Shown here: one piece after another, positions 31,217-40,558 of the stretch
Layout of the letters: each line of letters opens with the position of its first letter
Numbering within the stretch: the first letter of the stretch is position 1
Assembly: GCA_048885525.1 (NCBI GenBank)
Contig: JBHLLP010000002.1
Location: 75,114-139,113 of the forward strand
DNA length: 64,000 nt
Source of the DNA: Candidatus Hermodarchaeota archaeon
GTDB taxonomy: Archaea > Asgardarchaeota > Lokiarchaeia > Sigyniarchaeales > SOKP01
Direction of reading: 5' to 3'
Program-made: the position numbers and the translations under genes
Notes under the pieces: generated by a model
Seen by the model: only the letters and a program-made list of their open reading frames with translations
Databases searched by the model: none
What the model was told of the DNA's origin: nothing

Positions 31217-32677
31217 ATGAGCGATCTGATTTGTGTATTTGATGTAGGAACTACTGGAGCGAGAACTATGATATTTGACATTAATGGTAATGTAGTTGCT
31301 AAAGCTTATGAAGAATATCCCGTAGTAAAACAGCCAATAGGAACTTCTGAACATGATCCAATAATTTGGTGGAATGCTATTAAAAACACATGTAATAAAG
31401 TGGTAAGAACAATTAATCTTGAAGATATAATTGGGATATCTGCAACTTTTCTTCGAGCAGCAGTTACTATTATTGATAAAAAAGGTGAAGTACTTCATCC
31501 TGCTTTAACTTGGATGGATGAAAGACAAGAACATACAGCAATAGAATGGAAAAAAGATGTGGATCTTAGAAGGTCGATTCCTAAAATACTCTGGGTTAAA
31601 AATAATAAACCAGATTTATTCAGTAGAGCTGATAAAATTATCCATACTGATTCTTATATATATATGAAATTATGTGAAAAATGTGTATCAGACCCGACAA
31701 TGGCGATTTGGGGGCCACTAAATAACAATTCGCTTAAATGGGATGAGGAGATAGGTGAACGATTTGATTTACCCATAGAATTCTGGCCAGAATTGCATCA
31801 ACCCGGAGAAATTATTGGTGAATTATCCAGTAGTGCTGCGGATGTTTTAGGTTTAAAGAAAAACATCCCGATTATAGTCGGGGGCAGTGATCAACAATGT
31901 TCATCTTTAGGATTAGGTGTTATCAACGTAGGACAAGCTAAAGCTACTACAGGGACAGGAACGTTTGTGGATTATGTTGTAGATCACCCCATTGAACCCG
32001 CGGGAGATTTTCCTATTTTCTCACTGCCTTCTGTTATACAGGGTAAGTGGAATATTGAGGGTGTTTATCCAGGATCAGGTGATGCATTAAAATGGTTTGC
32101 GAATAATTTCTCGCAATTACAATTTAAACAGAGTCAGGAGCAGGGTAAAAATGTATATGATATACTAACTTCTGAAGCAGCAACGGTACCTCCTGGAAGT
32201 GGAGGATTGCTATTTTTAACGGCGTTATCTATCTTCCGAAAAGGGACTATTCATGGTTTAGATTGGAATCATACAAGAGCACATATAATACGTTCAATTA
32301 TGGAATCTGCAGCGCTAGGTACTCGATATTATCTCCAAACGACAGAAGCAATGGGTGGTGAAAAAACGACTGAATTAAGAGTTGATGGAGGAGGAATGAA
32401 CAGCGATTTATGGGCTCAAATATTTGCAGATATTACAGACAAAAAAATATTAGTTTCAGAGAATAAAGATGGTGCTGCTTTGGGTGCAGCGATTTTGGGA
32501 TTTATAGGATGTAAAAGATATAATTTAACTGAAAAAGCTATTGAAAATATGGTTAGATTTCCTACATTTAAAGATCCAATTAAAGAAAATTCAAAAATAT
32601 ATAAGAAATTATATAGAATTTTTCTACCAACACTACTTGAAATTTATTCAAAAAAGAGAGTTACTAAAGATTTATAA
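31217..32677 (+). CDS. FGGY-family carbohydrate kinase (xylulokinase/glycerol kinase-like)
   Basis: FDVGTTG, TWMDER, GGSDQQ, GTGT, VDGGG, GAALGAA. Confidence 0.92.
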   Translation: MSDLICVFDVGTTGARTMIFDINGNVVAKAYEEYPVVKQPIGTSEHDPIIWWNAIKNTCNKVVRTINLEDIIGISATFLRAAVTIIDKKGEVLHPALTWMDERQEHTAIEWKKDVDLRRSIPKILWVKNNKPDLFSRADKIIHTDSYIYMKLCEKCVSDPTMAIWGPLNNNSLKWDEEIGERFDLPIEFWPELHQPGEIIGELSSSAADVLGLKKNIPIIVGGSDQQCSSLGLGVINVGQAKATTGTGTFVDYVVDHPIEPAGDFPIFSLPSVIQGKWNIEGVYPGSGDALKWFANNFSQLQFKQSQEQGKNVYDILTSEAATVPPGSGGLLFLTALSIFRKGTIHGLDWNHTRAHIIRSIMESAALGTRYYLQTTEAMGGEKTTELRVDGGGMNSDLWAQIFADITDKKILVSENKDGAALGAAILGFIGCKRYNLTEKAIENMVRFPTFKDPIKENSKIYKKLYRIFLPTLLEIYSKKRVTKDL

Positions 32678-32802
32678 TTTTTTTTATATATTAACACTTT
32701 TTCGTTATTAAACGTTAAAATCCGTAATTTCAAAAATTTAGTAAAGTATTTTTGGAACATTTTATTTCAAAGATTATAGAATATTAATCTTATATATCTC
32801 AC

Positions 32803-33630
32803 ATGCCTTATTTCAAGAACCAAGAGGGTTATAATCTATATTATGAAAATATTAACCCAGATTCAAAAGCATGCACTATTATTTTACTTCATGGATTCGC
32901 ATCATCAGCTTCTTTTTTTAAAGCACAAATTAAAATATTGAAAGAAAATTATCGTATTATTGCTTTTGATGCATTAGGGCATGGGAGGAGTGAACACCCT
33001 AAGGAATTAAACCTGAAAAAAAACCTTAGATTTGATATAATAAGAGATTTAGAAGATCTTCTAAAGTATTTAGAGATAAATGAGAAATATGGTATAATAG
33101 GTCACTCGTTAGTTGGAGGAATGATCGGTCAGTTATTTGCTGTAAAACATCCCGAGAACATCAAATTTCTAATCCTACTAAATTCAGGATATATCATGAT
33201 TGATAATGTTATAAGAAATATATTTTACAATTTACTCCCATATTTTATCAGAATGAACTTTTTAGAAGTATTAGCAAATTCTGTTGAAAAAATTTTAGAT
33301 AAAACCATTCCATACATAATAACTGCTTTATCGGACTCATTATCTGGATTAAAGTTAACTAAAGATGAATTATACATGCAAATTGAAGATCAAATTTTCC
33401 GAATGATACATGAGATAAAAGAATATGACCCATCAGGTATTAGTTGCCCTACTCTAATAATTGGAGGAAGGCTTGATAATTTTGCTCCAGAGCAAATGTC
33501 AGAAGAATTACATAGAATGATTCCAAATTCTACTTTAAATATTATTGATATGGCTGGACATTTCGCTCCTGCTCAGAGAAAAGAGATAGTTAACGAATTA
33601 ATATGTGATTTTATTAAAAATCTTAAGTAA
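32803..33630 (+). CDS. Alpha/beta hydrolase
   Basis: LLHGF, DALGHGRS, GHSLVGG nucleophile elbow, GGRLD, AGH. Confidence 0.9.
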   Translation: MPYFKNQEGYNLYYENINPDSKACTIILLHGFASSASFFKAQIKILKENYRIIAFDALGHGRSEHPKELNLKKNLRFDIIRDLEDLLKYLEINEKYGIIGHSLVGGMIGQLFAVKHPENIKFLILLNSGYIMIDNVIRNIFYNLLPYFIRMNFLEVLANSVEKILDKTIPYIITALSDSLSGLKLTKDELYMQIEDQIFRMIHEIKEYDPSGISCPTLIIGGRLDNFAPEQMSEELHRMIPNSTLNIIDMAGHFAPAQRKEIVNELICDFIKNLK

Positions 33631-33672
33631 CTATTACATGTATTTCTTTTAATCACACTTTATTGAATTATT

Positions 33673-34047
33673 ATGAGTGAAAATTATAAATTTAATGATA
33701 ATAATTTAACTATTTCATTTTTCAAAGATGAAGTGAAAAAATTCGTTGAAAATCGTAATTGGAATAAATACCATTCCCCTAAAAATTTAGTTCAAGCTAT
33801 TAATTGTGAAGCTGGAGAATTATCTCAATTATTATTATTTAAAGATTATACGAAGGAAGAGATATGGAAGAATGAAACTCTTCTTAGAAATATTGGTGAT
33901 GAAATTGCTGATGTGTTTATATACCTTTTAAGTCTTATTAATGCTCTAGGTTTAGATTTGAGCCGAAGTTTCATAAACAAAATGGAAAAAAATAAAAAGA
34001 AATACTCAAGCAAAGAATTTAATAATGGAATTTATTATAAAAAATAA
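33673..34047 (+). CDS. MazG-like nucleotide pyrophosphohydrolase (dCTP pyrophosphatase type)
   Basis: RNW..YHSPKNL..EAGEL, DEIADV, KN.KKY. Confidence 0.9.
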   Translation: MSENYKFNDNNLTISFFKDEVKKFVENRNWNKYHSPKNLVQAINCEAGELSQLLLFKDYTKEEIWKNETLLRNIGDEIADVFIYLLSLINALGLDLSRSFINKMEKNKKKYSSKEFNNGIYYKK

Positions 34048-34064
34048 AAATTTGAGAATTTAAA

Positions 34065-34535
34065 ATGCCAAGTATAAATGAAAATCTGTTAGCTCCATGT
34101 GGGCTATATTGTGGTGTGTGTGCTATACATATTGCTGATCGAGACAATAATTTAAAGTTTAAAAAAATACTTGTGGATGTTTACAAACCGATTTCTAAAA
34201 CTATTGATGACATTAAATGTTCGGGTTGTCTCTCAAAAAACCAAGAGGATATATTTGGATATTGTCAAACATGTCCTATCAGAGATTGTATAATCAGTAA
34301 AGGATTTGATGGTTGTTATCAATGTAATGATTTTCCATGCAAGTTTATAGAAAATTTCCCTATTCCTGTTGGCAAAAAAGTTATTCTAAGGGCAATACCT
34401 CGATGGAAAGAAATAGGAACTGAAAAATGGGTCGAAGAAGAGGAGAAGAGATACCATTGTCCTGAATGTGGTAATTCTTTATTCCGAGGAGCAAATAGAT
34501 GTAATAAATGTGGAATTTCAGTTAATGTTGATTGA
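34065..34535 (+). CDS. DUF3795-like cysteine-rich protein
   Basis: APCGLYCGVC, CSGC, CPIRDC, CYQC..FPC, CPECG. Confidence 0.8.
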   Translation: MPSINENLLAPCGLYCGVCAIHIADRDNNLKFKKILVDVYKPISKTIDDIKCSGCLSKNQEDIFGYCQTCPIRDCIISKGFDGCYQCNDFPCKFIENFPIPVGKKVILRAIPRWKEIGTEKWVEEEEKRYHCPECGNSLFRGANRCNKCGISVNVD

Positions 34536-34597
34536 AGAATATGTTATTTTTTTATTAATAATAAGAATTTTTATAGATTTTTCTATTATTTTTTAAC

Positions 34598-35575
34598 ATG
34601 GTTATTAAGAATATTGATGGAATAATTAAGGAACAATTAAACTATACCTTAAATGAAACAAACATTCCTAACTTGGGGAAATTATATAGAGGTAAAGTTA
34701 GAGATAACTACATAAAACAAGATACCAGAATAATTATAGCAACAGATCGTTTAAGTGCTTTTGATAGAGTAATAACCACCATTCCATTTAAGGGTCAAAT
34801 GCTAAACCAAGTTTCATCATTCTGGTTTGAAAAAACTAAAGAGATCGTAAAGAATCATATTATAGATATTCCAGATCCAAATGTGGCGGTCGTCCATCAA
34901 TGTAAAACAATTTTAGTTGAAGTGATAGCAAGAGGATATCTAACTGGTAGTATGTGGCGTGATTATAATAAAGGAAAACCCACTTCGGGTATAATGCCTC
35001 CTAGAGGGATGCAAAAAAATCAAAAGTTTGATGAAATAATTCTAACCCCATCTACAAAAGCAGAATCAGGTCATGATATTTACCTTTCGAGAGAAGAAAT
35101 CTTAGAAAAGGAAATGGTTGAGAAAGATGTGTATGAGAAAATGGAAGAAGCCGCAATTAAATTATTTAAATTTGGACAAAATTTTTGCGAAAAGAATGGT
35201 CTTATCCTAGTTGATACCAAATATGAATTCGGATTAAAAGATGGAGAATTAATGGTCATTGATGAAATACACACACAAGATTCATCCCGATTTTGGATAC
35301 TTGAAACTTATGAAGAAAAATTTCAAAAAGGAGATGTCCCCGATATTCTAGATAAAGAAATCTTTAGAAAATGGCTTATGGATACGTACCCTGAAATTTT
35401 TCCAGATATTAAGCCTGATGAAAAAATTCCTCCAATTTCAGAAGATATTAAAATTGAATTAGCAAAAAGATATATGCGAAGTTATGAAAAGATTACTGGA
35501 CTAGAGTTTAAGGCAGAAATTTCAGATGTTCAGAAAAGGATTTATAAAAATTTAAAGAAAGCCAATTATTTATAG
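34598..35575 (+). CDS. purC: SAICAR synthetase
   Basis: GKVRDNY, TDRLSAFD, RGYLTGS, TPSTK, DTKYEFG, DSSRFW. Confidence 0.97.
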   Translation: MVIKNIDGIIKEQLNYTLNETNIPNLGKLYRGKVRDNYIKQDTRIIIATDRLSAFDRVITTIPFKGQMLNQVSSFWFEKTKEIVKNHIIDIPDPNVAVVHQCKTILVEVIARGYLTGSMWRDYNKGKPTSGIMPPRGMQKNQKFDEIILTPSTKAESGHDIYLSREEILEKEMVEKDVYEKMEEAAIKLFKFGQNFCEKNGLILVDTKYEFGLKDGELMVIDEIHTQDSSRFWILETYEEKFQKGDVPDILDKEIFRKWLMDTYPEIFPDIKPDEKIPPISEDIKIELAKRYMRSYEKITGLEFKAEISDVQKRIYKNLKKANYL

Positions 35576-35621
35576 AATTTAAGAAAAATTTATATAATAA
35601 TTCATAGTAATTTATCGTATT

Positions 35622-35825
35622 ATGCTAAATTTAATATTTTTATTTATAGATTTTACTTTATTTATTCTCAGTTTTATATTTATAATCCTAGATCTCAAAA
35701 GTTATAAAGAAGAAAAAAATGAAGAACTAAAAGGAACTGTAATACCAAAACGAAGTCGTTATGCATTATTATTTGGTCTATTAGCACTAATTCTTGCTGT
35801 AATTATTAGTTTAGGGTATACTTAA
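35622..35825 (+). CDS. Small two-TM membrane protein
   Basis: 67 aa, two hydrophobic helices separated by a charged loop. Confidence 0.55.
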   Translation: MLNLIFLFIDFTLFILSFIFIILDLKSYKEEKNEELKGTVIPKRSRYALLFGLLALILAVIISLGYT

Positions 35826-36050
35826 TTTAATAACTACTATTACTGAGATTATATTGCTTTTTTTTTATATAGATTTCCTTAATTAGTTTTTCTTTTAACC
35901 AATTTAATTTTTCTTGGAAAATTAGGTTTTAGTATAGTGTAATTACTTAAATTTTGTTTAGGAGATCTAAGTTCTTGTCGTTTTTGTCGATGAGCATTAT
36001 TTTTAAGTTAATAAGAATTAATAAAAATATATACAACTTCTTTTTCACAA

Positions 36051-36320
36051 ATGGATTACCAAGAATTTGAAGTAGAAATAACGTTAATGAATAAACCAGC
36101 AGCGAGGGATCCAGTAGGAGAAACTATTCAAAAAGACCTTTTAGCAAAAAAAGGTTATGATTTGGTATTTAATGTTCGTTCAGGGCAATTCTTGAGAATT
36201 AAACTTAATGCTGTTGATGAAAATCAAGCTAAAAAAATGGTAGAAAAAATGTGTAATGACCTACGAATTTTCAATCCAGTTACTCAAAATCTAACTATTT
36301 TAAAAGTATCAAAATCATGA
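36051..36320 (+). CDS. purS: FGAM synthase subunit PurS
   Basis: DPVGETI, VRSG, NPV; overlaps purQ (ATGA). Confidence 0.93.
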   Translation: MDYQEFEVEITLMNKPAARDPVGETIQKDLLAKKGYDLVFNVRSGQFLRIKLNAVDENQAKKMVEKMCNDLRIFNPVTQNLTILKVSKS

Positions 36321-37030
36321 ATATAAAAATAGCTGTAATCGAATTCGCAGGTAGCAACTGTGATTTAGATACTATACATGTTTTGAAAAACGTTATCGAT
36401 GGAATTGAAGCGGATCTAGTATGGCATAATCACTTTAAGGAATCGAAATATGATGGAGTAATTTTACCTGGAGGATTTGCATTTGGAGATTATTTAAGAG
36501 CAGGAATAATTGCTGCTCACAGTCCAGCAATTGATGAAGCACGAATAATGTTAAATGATGGAAGACCTGTAATAGGTATCTGTAATGGATTCCAAATATT
36601 AACAGAAGCACAATTTCTCCCAGGTGCTTTATTACGAAATGATTCACTTAAGTTTGTCTGTAAGTGGGTTAATTTGAAAGTGGAAAATAATAATACTGCA
36701 TTTTCTAATAAAATGAAATTAGGAGAGGTATGTACTTTACCTATAGCTCATGCTGAGGGACGATATTTTGCTGATAATCTGAAAGAGTTAGAGGAAAATG
36801 ACCAAATTGTTTTTAGATATTGTACCGAACAAGGAACACTTACAGAAGAAGCGAATCCAAATGGTTCTTTAGAAAATATTGCAGGAATTTGCAATTTAAA
36901 CCGAAATTGTATTGGATTAATGCCTCATCCTGAACGTGCATCAGAAGCAATATTAAGTCCAAAAAGAACGACCCATGGAAAATTATTTTTCGAATCCATG
37001 ATAGAATTCATCAAACGGAGGTTATCATAA
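36317..37030 (+). CDS. purQ: FGAM synthase glutaminase subunit PurQ
   Basis: GSNCD, PGGFAFGDYLRAG, GICNGFQ, NPNGS, MPHPER. Confidence 0.97.
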   Translation: MNIKIAVIEFAGSNCDLDTIHVLKNVIDGIEADLVWHNHFKESKYDGVILPGGFAFGDYLRAGIIAAHSPAIDEARIMLNDGRPVIGICNGFQILTEAQFLPGALLRNDSLKFVCKWVNLKVENNNTAFSNKMKLGEVCTLPIAHAEGRYFADNLKELEENDQIVFRYCTEQGTLTEEANPNGSLENIAGICNLNRNCIGLMPHPERASEAILSPKRTTHGKLFFESMIEFIKRRLS

Positions 37031-39276
37031 TAACGAAGGTAGATGTTAACGGAACGGAAGTTGATGTGGAAATAACTAACGATGAGTATGAAAAAGTAAA
37101 AGCTTTATTACAGAGAGATCCAAATATAACTGAATTAGGGATGTTTGATGTAATGTGGAGTGAACATTGCTCTTATAAATCATCACGACCAAAATTAAAG
37201 ATATTCGAGGATGCTGAGGCAAATTATAACTATGTTTTAGCGGGTCCTGGACAAGATGCTGGAGTTATCGATATCGGAGATGGTTACGCATTAGCATTTC
37301 GAATAGAATCTCATAATCATCCATCTGCAATTGAACCTTATCATGGAGCTGCTACTGGGATTGGAGGTATAATAAGAGATATTCTATGCATGGGTGTTCG
37401 ACCAATAGCACTATTGGATCCATTGAGATTTGGTCGTTTAAAAGATAATCCTCATTCACAATGGTTATTTAAATATGTAGTAAAAGGTATTGCTGATTAT
37501 GGTAATTGCACTGGAATACCAACCATTGGTGGAGAAGTTGAATTTGATAATAGTTTTGAGAGTAATTGTTTAGTAAATGTAGCATGTATAGGATTAGGAA
37601 CTATAGATGATTTTAAACATGCACCGAGTAGAGCTTACAATCCTGGTGATTATGTAATTTTAATGGGAGGATCTACAGGAAGAGATGGTATCCATGGAGT
37701 TACATTTGCATCCCGTACTTTAACTGAAATGTCTGAAGCTGATAGACCTGCTGTTCAAATTGGTGATCCATTTACCAAGAAAATGATTATTGAAGCAACT
37801 TTAGAAGCTATAAAAACAGGATATGTAAGAGGATTAAAGGATCTTGGTGGAGGCGGTTTAACTTGCGCAACTAGTGAATTAACGGGAGATGGTAATACAG
37901 GAGCAAAGGTAGATTTAAGAAAAGTCTTTACAAGAGAACCTGGAATGAATTCTTATGAAATAATGCTTTCTGAGTCACAAGAAAGAATGGCTTTCATTGT
38001 TAAACCTGAAGGATTAGATACTGTTCTTGACGTATTTAGAAAATATGAAATAAATTTTGCTGTCATAGGGAAAACTGATGATTCGAAAGTTCTAAAAGTA
38101 TATAATAATGATAATCTTGTCGTAAATATCCCCTCGAAAGCCCTTTCAGAATCACCAACATTTAAGCGACAAGAGAAGCGACCGTTATATCTAGATGAAT
38201 TACTATCTCAAAAAACACCAGAACCAAATTTAGGATTAGATGAAATTATTTATAAATTAATAGCATCTGAAAATATATGTAGTAAAGAATGGGTTTATCG
38301 ACAATACGATCATGAAGTTGGTGTTAGATCTGTTGTAAAATGTGGTGAAGGTGATTCAGGTGTTTTAAGAATAATTGGTACAAATAAATTTATTACTGCG
38401 AGTGTTGGCGTTAATTCTAAGCATTGCTTTTTAGATCCTTATGAAGGAGTTAAAGGAGGATTAGTTGAAGAATGTGGTAACGTAATAGCAAACGGAGGAA
38501 AACCAATGGCTATGGTAAATTGCTGTAATTTTGGAAATCCTGAAATTCCCGAATCATTTTGGTATTTTTCTCAAGCTGTTGAAGGTATGAATGATTTTTG
38601 TAGAACTTTAAAAATTCCTATAATAGGAGGAAATGTCTCCTTTTATAATGAAGATGAAGTTAAAAAAAAGGCTATTAAAGCAACTCCCATGATTATGATC
38701 ATAGGACTTATCGAAGGTGAAGAAAACATAATTACACTTCCTTTTAAGAATGCAGGGGATTATATATTTCTAATAGGTGAAACTAAAGCAGATTTAGGTG
38801 GTTCAGAGTATCATTCAGTAATTTACAATCTAGAAGGAGGAAATCCCCCTAAAGTTGATGAATCAAAGATAAAATCAACTTGGGATTTTTTATTCGAGCT
38901 CTATAAATACAGATTAGTTAAAGCTAACCACGATGTAAATAAAGGAGGGTTTATAATAACACTAGCTGAAATGTGTTTTATGAATAATTTGGGAGTGGAT
39001 TTAGATCTTACAGACTGTTTTGATGAAAATTTGAAAGATGATGAAATTTTATTCAGTGAATCTAATGGTAGATTTATTATTGAAACAGATCCAAAAGATA
39101 ATAAACAAATAATAGATTTAGCTAATAAATTTGGGATTTCTCTTAAAAAAATAGGTGTTATAATACCTCAACCTGAAATTAAAGTAAAAGGGTTAAAAAA
39201 TAAAGTTTTTACACTCTCTATTCCAAAATTAAAGGAAAAATTCGATTCCACAATTCCAAATTTAATGGAATTATAA
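37030..39276 (+). CDS. purL: FGAM synthase subunit PurL; probable ATA start at 37030 (track uses GTG 37066)
   Basis: WSEHCSYKSS, ESHNHPS, TGRDG, SESQERM, FGNPE, GGNVSFYNE. SD GGAGGT at 37017-37022. Confidence 0.97.
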   Translation: MTKVDVNGTEVDVEITNDEYEKVKALLQRDPNITELGMFDVMWSEHCSYKSSRPKLKIFEDAEANYNYVLAGPGQDAGVIDIGDGYALAFRIESHNHPSAIEPYHGAATGIGGIIRDILCMGVRPIALLDPLRFGRLKDNPHSQWLFKYVVKGIADYGNCTGIPTIGGEVEFDNSFESNCLVNVACIGLGTIDDFKHAPSRAYNPGDYVILMGGSTGRDGIHGVTFASRTLTEMSEADRPAVQIGDPFTKKMIIEATLEAIKTGYVRGLKDLGGGGLTCATSELTGDGNTGAKVDLRKVFTREPGMNSYEIMLSESQERMAFIVKPEGLDTVLDVFRKYEINFAVIGKTDDSKVLKVYNNDNLVVNIPSKALSESPTFKRQEKRPLYLDELLSQKTPEPNLGLDEIIYKLIASENICSKEWVYRQYDHEVGVRSVVKCGEGDSGVLRIIGTNKFITASVGVNSKHCFLDPYEGVKGGLVEECGNVIANGGKPMAMVNCCNFGNPEIPESFWYFSQAVEGMNDFCRTLKIPIIGGNVSFYNEDEVKKKAIKATPMIMIIGLIEGEENIITLPFKNAGDYIFLIGETKADLGGSEYHSVIYNLEGGNPPKVDESKIKSTWDFLFELYKYRLVKANHDVNKGGFIITLAEMCFMNNLGVDLDLTDCFDENLKDDEILFSESNGRFIIETDPKDNKQIIDLANKFGISLKKIGVIIPQPEIKVKGLKNKVFTLSIPKLKEKFDSTIPNLMEL

Positions 39277-39484
39277 TATTTCAATTTTGAATATTTATAA
39301 ATAATAAGATTAAAAAATATTATGTAATATTTTTCAATTAAAAATTAATATTCCCCATTTTAGAACTTTTTTAATTTAAAAACATAAATTTGAAATATTT
39401 GCATACTTTTATAGATCATGGAGAATTACATACGTATAAATTATTTTATAGATATCATAAATAAATTATATACTAAATATAACT

Positions 39485-39685
39485 ATGAGAGCTCGTGCAT
39501 GTATTAAATGTAGAGAATATGTAGTAATTCACCCTAGTAATCCTGTTAATCAATTAGATATAAAAAAGTTTGAGAAAAAGCATTTAGGTCATACGATAGT
39601 GACTGTTGACCTTAGTGAAATAAAGGGGATTTATTCTACTTTTAAAGACCATGGAGCTGAAAACCCCTCTCAAGAAGCTAGTTAA
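39485..39685 (+). CDS. Small putative zinc-binding protein
   Basis: CIKC...HLGH. Confidence 0.65.
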   Translation: MRARACIKCREYVVIHPSNPVNQLDIKKFEKKHLGHTIVTVDLSEIKGIYSTFKDHGAENPSQEAS

Positions 39686-39888
39686 TTGTTACTATATCAT
39701 TTAATAAATTTAAAGCTAGATCTTTTAAAAATCAATTTATATCTTTGTCTTAAGGCTTTTTTATGACATAATCCAAGCTTTTTATGTTGTTTCAAAGAAC
39801 ACCCAATTATAATCATAAATATATTTATATATTTGTAACTTATTTACCTAATAAGATATTCAACTTAATTAATCTGAATTACAAGGAT

Positions 39889-40497
39889 ATGGACGAATTT
39901 CAACTAGAAAGAATACAAAAAAGAATTAGTATAGAAAGATTATATAAAACAAATTTTAAAAAGACTTTATTAGAGGAAGAAATTCTGCAATTTTCTAAAC
40001 ATAAAGAAGATACAAAAAGGGAAAAAAAAGATTTAATTGAGAATTTAGATTTCTTGAAGAGATTATTGAAACTAATTAATTCTGGGGCTACGGGATTTGA
40101 TTTAGCGTACGAAGTAGAAAAGAATAAAGAGATGAAGTATTTAATTTATGATGGAATTCTATTTTATAATACATTTCTAGAAATTGGATCCAAGAGATTT
40201 ATAGATGCTCCCGATAAAAAGAAAGAAGACTTTAAATCCTTTAAAACTATTGAAGACACTGAAAAATATATTTTTATGATATGGCTAAAAGATACCATTG
40301 AATCTATTGAAAAAGAAATAAAGCCTAAAGAGAATTATGCCAAATATGTAGAAAAAAGAGAACAGGAAGAGCTTTTAAAAAAAAGAAAGAAAATTCTTAA
40401 AAAACTTACTCACTGTAAAAATTGCGGAGAGAGAATACAGAGTTTAGATCAAGAGTATTGTGAAAAATGTGGTGTAAAACTTTTAGAAAATTACTGA
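39889..40497 (+). CDS. Hypothetical protein with C-terminal zinc ribbon (start likely ATG 39889)
   Basis: CKNCG...YCEKCG; the upstream in-frame extension looks promoter-like. Confidence 0.7.
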   Translation: MDEFQLERIQKRISIERLYKTNFKKTLLEEEILQFSKHKEDTKREKKDLIENLDFLKRLLKLINSGATGFDLAYEVEKNKEMKYLIYDGILFYNTFLEIGSKRFIDAPDKKKEDFKSFKTIEDTEKYIFMIWLKDTIESIEKEIKPKENYAKYVEKREQEELLKKRKKILKKLTHCKNCGERIQSLDQEYCEKCGVKLLENY

Positions 40498-40558
40498 ATT
40501 AAAAAACTTTTTTAATAAAAGACAGATTAAAACAAAAAAGAAAAAGAAATTTATATTT

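Noticed and set aside
35975-35989. TTGTCG direct repeat upstream of purS as a purine operator
   Set aside because: Only 6 bp, and not found upstream of purC
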